The notes under the pieces were generated by a model. It saw only the letters and a list, made by a program, of their open reading frames with translations, did not search any database and was not told the origin of the DNA. DNA of 64,000 bases from Eledone cirrhosa (lineage: Eukaryota). Where the stretch lies: positions 357,864,001 through 357,928,000 of the forward strand of contig OZ024742.1 of NCBI GenBank assembly GCA_964016885.1, in the 5' to 3' direction. Position numbers and translations under genes: made by a program. Of the stretch, positions 53,058 to 64,000 are shown in pieces. Position 1 is the first letter of the stretch. Each line of letters starts with the position of its first letter.

Positions 53058-53310
53058 TCATCATCGTTTAACGTCAATCTTCCACGCTTGCATGGGTTTG
53101 GACGGGAATTGTCCCACTTGAGGCAAGATTGGTTGTCTTGCTCAGGACAGTCTGGCGCGTTTTCTACGACTGGATGCCTTTCCTAACATCAACCACGTTT
53201 ACAGTGTGGATTGGGAGGTTTTAACCGTGTTACCTACACGGCCACATTACAGCGTGGACCGTGTGTTTTTTTGTCGTGACACCTACACGACCTCATTTAT
53301 TTTGGACTGA
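53055..53310 (-). mobile_element. RTE 3' UTR fragment
   Basis: Reverse complement of about 29020-29270. Confidence 0.9.
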
Positions 53311-53469
53311 CATTTATATCGGAAGACAGAGAGAGGGGGCATAGATAGATAAATAGACAGATAAGGATGTCACAAAAAAAAGATTAGAGTAAATAGGTAA
53401 CATATGAGAGTTCGAAACGAAGTCAACAAGAAGTGAAGAAACAAGGTAAAATATGCAATCAACAAAATA

Positions 53470-53560
53470 GAGTCGTAAAATTCAAGTCAGTTTGGGCGTT
53501 GAAGCTCAGTGCAGTAAGAGTTCCAGTCTACTCTATTCCAGTCAAAGCGAGCTGTTTAGA

Positions 53561-53593
<33 letters not shown>

Positions 53594-55002
53594 AATCATC
53601 ATCGTTTAACGTCCATTTTCCACGCTAGTATGGGTCTGGACGGGAATTGTCCCACTTGAGGCAAGATTGGTTGTCTTGCTCAGAACAGTCTGGCGGGTTT
53701 TCTATGGCTGGATGCCCTTCCTAACACCAACCACGTTTACAGTGTGGACTGGGAGGTTTTTACCGTGTTACATACACGGCCACATTACAGCGTGGACTGT
53801 GTGTGTTTTTTGTCGTGACACCTACACGACCTCATTTATTTAGGACTGGATGTTGTGGTACCAACATAGCTTTACATCGAAAGGGGTGGTGTAGATGGCA
53901 GTGGGGGTGGGGTTAGTGGGATGGGGTGTATTTTGGTTAAGAGGTGCCTACTGACTGTAGGTTTCGCTTTGTACTTAGGGTAGGCGGGTCTTCTATATTA
54001 CTACGTAGCGCCAAAGATCTCGGTCCAGTGACATTGTCTTGGAGAGGTGTAAGTGTGTGAGATGGTTGTGGTTTTTTGTTACTGCTCATAAGAGACAGAT
54101 TGACAATGAACATAGTATGATCAGAGTCACCTAAAGGTTCCTCAGTAGGAAGACTAATAACCATTTCAGGAATAGTGGTGAAGAGTAGATCCAAAGTGTT
54201 GTCATCTCTGTCCATATTGAGCTCAGGATGTTCTGGAGTACAGTGTTAAAATCTCCAGAGTCGTAGAACTCAAGCCAGCTTGGACGTTGCAGCTCAGTGC
54301 AGTAACAGTTCCAGTCTGCTTTATTCCAGTCAAAGTGAGCAGTTTGGAGATGGTTGTGGTTCTTGTTACTGCCCATGAGGGATAGATTGGCAATGATCAT
54401 AGCATGATCAGAGTCACCTAAAGGTTCCTCAGCAGTAACACTAATGACAGTTTCAGGTGTAGTGGTGAAGAGTAGGTCCAAAGTGTTGTCACCTCTTGTT
54501 GGGGAGGTGACTACTTGGGACCAATTCGAGTCCAGCACTAGCGCAAGGCAATTATTTGCACTTTGCGGCCAATGAAAGGTTTCCCAATCAATCTCAGGGT
54601 GATTGAAGTTGTCTGCAATAAAAACATAAGTGGCTGTTTTCCTGGCAGCAGCTCTGAGGAGATCACAAACCTATGTGTCCTGATGGTAATTTGGGAGACG
54701 GCAAACAACTCCAAGTAGCAGTGTTGACATGGTCAGACGCATATCGCAGAAAATTACTTCTTGTTCAAATCAATGCAAGGAATTGCTGAAAGGTTTAAAC
54801 GAACATAAACCATCACACCATCACCACTACAATTAATGCGGTCTTTGGGAAACAAGTTGTAGCCAGCTATGCTGAAAACCCCATCACAGAGAAAGGAATG
54901 TGCCCATATTTCTGTGACTGTAATGAAATCGGGGTCGATACTTTTGACATAAAAATCAAAATGATGTATCTTGTTGCATAGACTACGAGCATTTAATGAC
55001 GT
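53470..55002 (-). pseudogene. CR1/L2-group endonuclease fragment, mosaic of old and young copies
   Basis: SLNARSLCNKI..ITVTEIW; PTRGDNTLDLLF..LGDSDH occurs twice; homologous to 59720-60520. Confidence 0.88.
53562..54060 (-). mobile_element. RTE 3' fragment inserted into an old CR1 piece
   Basis: Reverse complement of about 28805-29280; CR1 sequence resumes on both sides. Confidence 0.9.
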
Positions 55003-55156
55003 CAATTAGTACCTTGATTTCAGTTTATGATGATGTGTAGAGGATGGCAGATATACATAACATATCAAAAGGTGTTTCTTTTCTGATCAGGTTTACAAGC
55101 AGTTAAGGAATACATTGTGCGGTAATTAAACACTTTTGAATATGTTATATATATAA

Positions 55157-55227
55157 TTGATCCTGATGATTTCTTTATAAGGATATTGTGAATAATACCC
55201 AAAGGGAATGAAACACGCTTAGATCAA
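55157..55227 (+). ncRNA. Type I hammerhead ribozyme
   Basis: UUGAUC-CUGAUGA-UUUCUUU...AAAGGGAA-U-GAAA-CACGCU-UA-GAUCAA; perfect 6-bp stem I, weak stem III. Confidence 0.75.
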
Positions 55228-55423
55228 ATACATAATGTATATTAACTGTTGAACTTGGTGATTTATTTCTTTGTTAATAAATGAGCTGTGGTTTATATCT
55301 AAGATGACCGAAAGTATACCAACTGGATTTACCTCCGAAATATCTCTCTTTATTCGGATATAATATAAACCAAATTTCAGCTTAAAATAACTATCTGACT
55401 TACTGTTCTTTTATCAGGGTATA

Positions 55424-55678
<255 letters not shown>

Positions 55679-55680
55679 AT

Positions 55681-55719
<39 letters not shown>

Positions 55720-56174
55720 GGCATACGTCAAAACGGCCGGTCTCAAAAGTGAAACTAATTTTTTACAGTTACGTACACTCACTCATCTGAATAGATTTGT
55801 GTATATATAGTCCTGTATAAACTTCGAGATGACTATAATGCAGACACACGCAATTGTATGGATTTATTAATATATATATATGTGTGGGTGTGTATATGTA
55901 TGTATATATATGTGTGTGTGTATGTATATATATATATGTGTGTTTGTATATATATATGTGTGTTTGTATATATATATGTGTTTGTATATATATATATATG
56001 TGTGTATATGTGTACATATACACACATATATATGTTGTACATGTGTATATACATCTATAAGTTTGTGGATGTGTGTAAAAAAATATCACGTATTCACAAT
56101 CCAAATTGAAAATAATGACGTACGTAACTGTCAAAAATTAGTTTCACTTTTGAGACCGGCCGTTTTGACGTATG

Positions 56175-56176
<2 letters not shown>
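55720..56176. mobile_element. MITE with ~57-bp terminal inverted repeats (GGC...GCC)
   Basis: ggcatacgtcaaaacggccggtctcaaaagtgaaactaatt...gttacgtac is mirrored at 56120-56176; flanked by TA repeats; superfamily uncertain. Confidence 0.8.
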
Positions 56177-56236
<60 letters not shown>

Positions 56237-57835
56237 CATGTATGTAGATATGTGTGTGTATATATATTCTACAAGATATTGCCATTTAAACTTAAATTAA
56301 GTACCACTCCTACACTTTTTATTTATTTTGTCTTGTGCTACTTTTATTTTATGCAACTGCTTTTTTGTATGTATTTTCTGCTAATATATATATGATGTTA
56401 GGAAGGGCATCGAGCCGTAGAAAACCTGCCAGATACAGTCCTATACAAGCAAGACACAGTCATCAAATCAATCTTGCCTCAAGTGGGACAATTCCCGTCT
56501 AACCCATGGAAGATAGAGGTTAAACGATGATGATGATATATTCTTATTTCCATTCTTTCCAGCCTTCTCTGCTGCCTAAGTTTCATCATATCTTGTGCCC
56601 ATAAATCACAGCAGTTCCCATATACAGCATACATATTTTGCTTCAGTTTCAGACACTCTTCCTTTCATTAGCACAGCACTTAGTTCTTAGAACTTCTTCC
56701 ATACACATCTCCCTCTAGCTATTGCCAGTGATTCATCCTCAGCCTCCATTCAACAGGTCACCAAGAAAAACAATGCTCTCACATATTCTATTTTTAAACC
56801 ATTCTCATATCTCTGCATGCCACAAGAGATGACTAAAGGTTTGGGACCAGAAAGGTATCTGTCTGTAAGACACCATGAAAAGGAACCGATTTACTTATAA
56901 TAGAGAGAGATGGGGTGAGCGAGAGAGACAGAGGCAGTAAGTACCTTCAGATAGCTTAGCTAGGATGTGACAATAACTATCCCATAAAATTAGGGTCCTT
57001 GGCACTTGCCCCTAACCACAGAAAACAAACTAACTTTGAAACATAAGTATAATAATCTGCTATAAAAGGTGGTGAGGAAGGGGTGTGAGGAGATATTGGA
57101 TAATATTTTGAAGTTTTGGAAACAAAAAATATTTAAAAGCCCCCATTATCAGCAGAGACCTTCAAAATGCTAGAAATAGGAGTTAAATCACTTAAAATAA
57201 CGTATAGCATATTTATTGAGTAATGTACACATTGGTACATTATATGTGAAATATAAACACATGCCACACTGTAAAGTGCTTGTGTACATGTCATAACAAA
57301 AAGCAACCATTACTCACTGTAAATGAGGTTGGTGTTAGGAATGGTATCCAGTTCTAGAAACCTAGCCAGAATCAGTTCTGTATGAGCAAGACATGGTCAC
57401 CTGATCTGGTATTGCTCACAACAGGAGAACTCATATAACCCATGCTAGTGGGGAAAAATGGACATAAATGGCGATGATGTTGATGGTGATGAAGATGATG
57501 GTGGTGGTCATAGAGGGAATGCCTTTAATACTTCATCTTAATTTTACTCATTCAGAGTTAGCTTTGAGTTGAACAACATAAACAACATCAACATCACTTA
57601 AATATATCATCTCATGCAAATAAATAAAACATACAAGTTAATTTTCTTCATTCATTAAAAAAAAAATGTTTTGTTTAAATGTTGTGTTTAACACTGTAGA
57701 TGTTGTTCTCTTTTATCCTACAATCACTGAGAATGTGTAATGTAACCTTAAAACAAACACATTCAGTACGGCAGCATGTTTAGTTGAAATTTATATATAT
57801 ATATAGTTATGTAATAAACAACATAAGATAAGTAT

Positions 57836-57893
57836 TTCATTTACCAGTGGTTTCTTGAAGACAGATGTGTTTGTCTTCAGTCGTCAGAATGAA
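57836..57893 (-). ncRNA. Type I hammerhead ribozyme (same family as 29945)
   Basis: UUCAUU-CUGACGA-C-UGAAGACA aacacauc UGUCUUCA-A-GAAA-CCACUGG-UA-AAUGAA. Confidence 0.88.
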
Positions 57894-58526
57894 TAAAAAA
57901 CATGGTGTTTTTATTAAATATGGATTTGAAAACAAAATTTAGGAAATATGAAAGTGAGGCTGAAAAAAAACGGGCGAAAAGAAAATAGGGGAAAAAATAA
58001 AATATATATATATATATATAAAAATAAAAATATAAGTATCCAGAACGTAAACATACACACAATCAACTACGCGCATATAGTAAAAAGTACGTAGACGTAT
58101 ACTTACACACAAGTGAAAAGAAACCACACTATTTCGTGTGAGACACTATACCGGCCAATCTTACGTACATTTGTAAAGTCTTCCTGAACATTGACTTCGC
58201 TTCTAACCTACATACACCTTTTAATTATATATATATATATATAATTATATATTCATGTGCAGATCTTTTTGTACACACACACACATAATACATAGGAAAA
58301 CAGAAACAGAAAAACAAAAACAAAACATAAACAAACATTTATCTCGTTAACTTACGCAGCATATTTATCTGTTTACATGCGCAGACTCTTTTGTACACAC
58401 ACGCACAATATTTAGGAAAACGGAAACAAAAATACACAAAAAAACTAAACAAAATACAAACATTTTATTTCTATCGTAATCAAGTGCGCTAAACCTATAT
58501 TGTTTACATTCTGTGTTTTTCTACGA

Positions 58527-59691
58527 ATGGGCAGACACAACAAAATTGCCATGGTGATATCCATGGATGAAGTATGCGACAAAACTGGTCGATGTTCGAA
58601 AATAGAACATTGCCCAGAAAATCACACCTGCCATATCTGTACGGAACCCGAAAACTCATTCCGTAATCGTTGGGTCGAATGTGGAACCTGTCACATCTCT
58701 GTCTGCCTTCAATGCGCCACAAGCTTCCGGAAGATCCCAGGCCAAATCAAGAAACATCATATTGCTATGATGGATAGACTCTGTGAGATGGTCCAGCTAA
58801 CAAATTGGTCCTTTCAGTGCCTGGACTGTATGTCTGCTTCTACCATTGCCGCTGAACAACAACAAAAACCAACGACCGTAGCTCCTGCTACCACCCCCGT
58901 TGAAGGACTTCATCAACAACAGCAACCCATGTTTTCCTCCCCCGTTACTTTTCAACAACATCAACCGACGACTGTGTCTTCCCCTACCATGCCTGCTGAA
59001 GAAGAACAACAACAAAAATCCACCGTCAATACGGAGTTTGAGGAAATACGGCAAATGATTTCCGCTTTAAGCCGAGAAATAGCGGGAATAAAACCAAGTG
59101 TTCGTGTAGAACCCCACAATGAGGGATCTTACCGGAGTGCCTTGTTAAAAAATCTCCGCGTACCTCATGTTGAACCTAGACGCAATGCGAATGCCACTGA
59201 ATCTGCAAACAATGAAGTGATTGCCATTGGTGTACCAAAAGACATAGTTGATCTTCAGGCATTTGATGCCAGTTCATCCAGACTTGGGCTGTGCTCCCGA
59301 AAAGTGTGCTCTACGCCTTGGGCGACCAGGCTCGAAACCCGGGCTAATTATACTGACTATTTCGAACTCAAATGAGGCACGTTCATACCTTGTAGCCTCT
59401 GATAAAGCTAGGCGTGAAAGTTGGATTGCTTTCCGAACACGCCCTGGTCTTCCACCTGATGTCCGCCCAAAGTTGCGTGCTGCAGCTTCCTTAAACCGCA
59501 GCTCGGCAGAACATGAAAGCTTCAGCCTACGAGATGATGGGCAGATATGGAAATTTGTTAAGGCTGGTGAAACATGGAAAAAAGATACCAGCTGGTCTGA
59601 AAACACTGTACCCACAACAACTGACAATAAAAAAAAACTGAAAAAACTCTGGGAAAATAAATCAGAACAACCTGCCATCTCCTGCAGATAA
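58527..59691 (+). pseudogene. LINE ORF1 with an N-terminal PHD finger
   Basis: CHIC...WVECGTCHISVCLQC...WSFQCLDC; frameshift at about 59280-59300. Confidence 0.8.
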
Positions 59692-59716
59692 CCATATACT
59701 TGAATCAAGGTACACA

Positions 59717-62480
59717 TTGTTGTCCTTGAATGCACGTAGTCTATGCAATAAGATTCATCTTTTTGTCTCCTACGTCAAAAGTATCAACCCTGACTTCATT
59801 ACAGTCACGGAAACTTGGGCACATCCCTTACTCTGTGATGGGGTTTTCAGCATAACTGGCTACAACCTGTTTCGTAAAGACCGCATTAATCGTGGTGGTG
59901 GTGATGTAATGGTCTACGTTCGGTCAAATTTGTCGGCAATTCCTTGTGTTGATTAGAACCAATCACAGCAGGAAGTTTTTTTCTGCGTTATACGTATAAC
60001 CATGTCAACACTGCTACTTGGAGTCGTTTACCGTCCCCCAAATTATCATCAGGACACTCAACTTTGTGATATCCTCAGAGCTGCTGCCAGAAAAACAGCC
60101 ACTTATATTTGTATTGCAAGAGACTTCAATCACCCTGAGGTTGACTGGGAAACCTTTCGTTGGCCGCCAAGTGCAAATGACTTCCTTGAGCTAGTGCTGG
60201 ACTCGAGTTGGTCCCAAGTAGTCACCTCCCCAACAAGAGGTGACAACACTTTGGACCTACTCTTCACCACTACACCTGAAACTGTCATTAGTGTTACTGC
60301 TGAGGAACCTTTAAGTGACTCTGATCATGCTATGATCATTGCCAATCTATCCCTCATGGGCAGTAACAAGAACCACAACCATCTCCAAACTGCTCACTTT
60401 GACTGGAATAAAGCAGACTGGAACTGTTACTGCACTGAGCTGCAACGTCCAAGCTGGCTTGAGTTCTACGACTCTGGAGATGTTAACACTGTACTCCAGA
60501 ACATCCTGAGCTCAATATGGACAGTATGTGCAGCATCGGTGCCAGGTAAGCGGAAAAAACATCCCAAAAGTGCAATTTGGGAGACTGCAGCTGTCCGTGT
60601 TGCCAGAAAAGAACGTCGCAATGCTGAACGTGAGTACAAACTTCACAAATCAGACATCAATAGGAAGAGGCGAAACAAATCGTCCAACCACCTCAAACAG
60701 GTGACAAAAGAGGCAGTGCTTCAATTTGAGCAGCGTATAGCAACCAGCCCTGACAGTAAGGTGTTCTGGAAGTATGTTCACTCAAAGCAGAGGTCTCACT
60801 CTCCAATTGGTCCTCTTCACAATCCCCACACAAGCCAGGTTGCTGGCGACACCTAGGAATGCGTAGAGCTTATTGCTGAAAGCTATGCAGGTATTTTCAC
60901 TATTGAAGACCAGAGTGTACCGTCTCCACCACCTATGACACCGGACTCTATTACAACCATGGAATTTACACCTGCAAATCTTCGACGTCACCTAAAAAAT
61001 AAACGCAACCATGCCTCTCCTGGTTTTGATGGTGTTACGTACCTGCTTCTTAAACGTGGTGGGTACTTCCTTCTGCACCAGCTATACGCTCCTTCCAATT
61101 CTCTCTGAACAACAGTGCTACTCCAGAACAGTGGAAAACTGCCAGTGTCATTCCTCTGTTCAAAAAGTGTGACCGCAAATCACCTGTAAACTATCGTCCA
61201 GTCAGTCTTACTAGTTGCATTGCCAAACTGATGGAATCCTGTGTCAGAGAAACACTTTGGAACTTCTGGAACTCTCACAGTCTTATCCGGCCCTCGTAAT
61301 TTGGATTTATCCCCAACTCCAACTGCTGTGATCAACTTATCGAGTTTCTTGAAGACATCACCCGGATCACTGATGGCGGCTCATGGGTGGATGTTGTTTA
61401 CCTTGACTTTGCGAAAGCTTTCAATTCTGTCCCACACAGAAGGCTTATGGCAAAACTCTCTGCAATGGGTGTGAAGGATGATCTTTTTAACTGGTTGAAG
61501 TCCTTCATTCTCAGTCGAAGAGAGGTAGTCACGGTTCTAGGACAGCATTCCTCACCATATGAGATGTCATCTGGTGTACCACAGGGATCTGTTCTTGGCC
61601 CCCTTTTGTTTGTGGCATATATTAATGACATAGATGCCAACTTAAAGAATTCCACAGTACTAAAGTACGCAGATGACATCAAGCTGTACCTTGAGATAAA
61701 AAGGACAGATCCTGAACACTATAGATCTTGCTTGCAGTCTGACCTGGACACAATGAAACAATGGATCTCAGACTGGCAACTCAAGCTAGCTGTGGAAAAG
61801 TACACCACCATGCATTTTGGGAGTAAAAACCCAGCGTCCACATACTCCCTCCACAGCACTAATATCAAGAAGTTTTCTATGAACGTGACCTCGGCATTAC
61901 GGTCAGCAGTGATTTGCGTTGGACGAAGCACGTCTCTAAAATTGTCAAGAGAGCTGAGGGTGTCTTGGCATCACTCAGCAAGACCTTTGTCAGCCGCTCT
62001 CAAGCTATCTATGTATGGCTGTACATGGCTATGGTGCGACCACACTTAGAATTTGCATCACCAGTCTGGAACCCCTATCTTGCTCAGAACATTGACCGCT
62101 TCGAAACTGTTCAGAGACGTGCAACCAAGCGAATACCCTCCATCAGGCATCTACCATACTCTGAACGCCTTGCTTCTCTGGGTATGGATACATTGAAGTT
62201 CCGACGCCTGGCAACTGATTTGGTAAACAACCACAAAATTGTTAACCATCTTGCCAACAACAACCCTGAGCACATTTTTGATTTCCATGTGTCTAACATA
62301 CGTGGACATGCCCACAAAGTCAGAAAACAGCACAGTTCCCATGACTTTCGGAAACATTTTTCATGCTCAGAGTTGCTGAAGCATGGAACAAACTACCTGC
62401 ATCAGTTGTTAGCTGTCGAGACACTGCATCCCTTAAAACCTCCATGCTTCCCGAGATTCGCCAACACTACACATAATGTT
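59717..62480 (+). pseudogene. LINE ORF2 EN-RT with stops and frameshifts
   Basis: LNARSL, TETW, YRPP, LDLLF, SDH, NYRPVSLTS, YADD. Confidence 0.92.
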
Positions 62481-62813
62481 CCCCTCCATACACACGCACA
62501 CATGTATATCATGACTCATACACTATTCACTTCTCTGACATTTGTATATTATTATATGTACTATACATACACCTTTGACGAGTTGTAGTGCACCTGAGCA
62601 CTTTACACAATAATTTCATTATTATTATTATAAGCGTATTAGCGTCTACAAGGAAATATGGATAGGAACATAAACACATACACATACATATACACATATA
62701 TATACATAAATACATACGCATACATATACACAGATATATATGCACTCAAATTTGGGAAGTAGTGGGGAAGCAGAAATAACTAAATAAAAAAATAAATAAG
62801 GACAAAAATTACA

Positions 62814-62880
<67 letters not shown>

Positions 62881-63119
62881 AAAGTAAAAACGAAAACAAA
62901 ATAAAGTAAAAGAAGAGGAGGACGTGTTGACAACGATAGGTGTGAGTGTGTGTGTGATGGGGGGGGGGGATAAATAAAAACAACTGAAATATAAACAAAT
63001 ACACAAGATATGAATATTTATATATATATATATATATATACATATACATGTGTATATACCTATCCACACATGCAAACACACATGCATATATATGTATATA
63101 TATATATAAAATAAATATA

Positions 63120-63600
63120 CGTAATCATAGATATAATAAGATATTTAATAAAAATGTCGTTAAAATCAGTTACTCTTGCTGCCCAGCAATGAAAACTAAA
63201 ATTAACAACTCTAATGGTACTAGAGTAAATCCAGGATGCAGTTGCAGGAAGCTGGAAGAATGCCCATTACAGGGTAAATGTAATACCAAATCTATTGTGT
63301 ATGAGGCCAAATTGACACCTATGATTAATAACCAGCCAGCCAGGAGTGAACGATATGTTGGCATGACTCAGGACAGATTTAAAACCAGGTATTATGCATT
63401 AAAGACAAAAACATTCCGTACACTATTGATTGGTCTATTTTAGACCACTCAAGAGAATACCAAAGGAGCACAATGAAATGTACCACGGAAAAATTTAGAA
63501 TTCTCCAAAACTTGAAAACCCCTACCACTTGTCTGAACTCTAAGACCGAGTTCTTTAGACGTTGTCCACACCTGAACTCGCATCTACTTTTTAACTGGAT
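63120..63600 (+). pseudogene. Neptune-type PLE GIY-YIG fragment
   Basis: [18 protein letters not shown]...CSCRKLEECPLQGKC...IVYEA...YVGMT...FKTRY; CLNSKTEFFRRCPH. Confidence 0.85.
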
Positions 63601-64000
63601 TAACATACCAACGATTACTCAACTACCTAGAGCTTCTTTACTTATCACGCGTTCAACTCACTACCAATATCGTTACCTTTTGAACTTTTACTTTCTACCA
63701 ATATATATTTTTTCTCCCTCATTTCTTTCTATATTTCATTTTACTTATATCCCCCCCCCCCACTATCTACCATACCTTTAATATATACACAACCACCACC
63801 TTTATCCTTTACCCAGATCACTTTTTAACTATATAACCTTATCCAGATCTCATCACTTACTCTCTACTATAACTTTTACACCAACTTTCTCCCTTACCTG
63901 TTTTTAATAATTGTTTTTATTATTTTATTTCATTCTTACTTACCCACCAGGTTTTTAAGTGTACTCACTTAGGGTTGTATGTGGGCGCATATGCAGACAG

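Larger units (their letters stand above)
58200..62628 (+). mobile_element. CR1/L2-group LINE, near full length, disabled
   Basis: ORF1, EN, RT (LDFAKAF, SGVPQGSVLGP, KYADD, VRPHLEFASPVWNP) and an (ATT)n tail; 5' boundary approximate. Confidence 0.9.

Overview
AT-rich eukaryotic DNA made almost entirely of repeats. The (TA)n/(CA)n/(ATT)n microsatellites and the retroelement spectrum suggest a cephalopod (octopus-like) genome; that assignment is an inference. No host protein-coding gene could be supported. Retroelements: two RTE-clade LINEs (one with an uninterrupted 1038-aa EN-RT frame), a decayed Tx1/L1-clade LINE inserted in (ATT)n, a decayed CR1/L2-group LINE with a PHD-finger ORF1 plus fragments, stacked R4/Dong restriction-like-endonuclease (RLE) fragments, a CRE-like RLE fragment, two Neptune-type Penelope-like elements (PLE; RT + GIY-YIG) and tRNA-derived SINEs. 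DNA elements: hAT and piggyBac MITEs. The most striking structure is a set of about a dozen type I hammerhead ribozyme (HHR) motifs from about eight sequence families. Most lie in short non-coding modules embedded in (TA)n tracts and flanked by an inverted or direct copy of their own 3' tail, so they look like non-autonomous PLE/retrozyme-like units. They include canonical cores, U3-A8 compensatory variants, a covarying stem II pair, and a ~615-bp unit whose direct repeat starts at the predicted cleavage site. All folds were read by eye, not computed.
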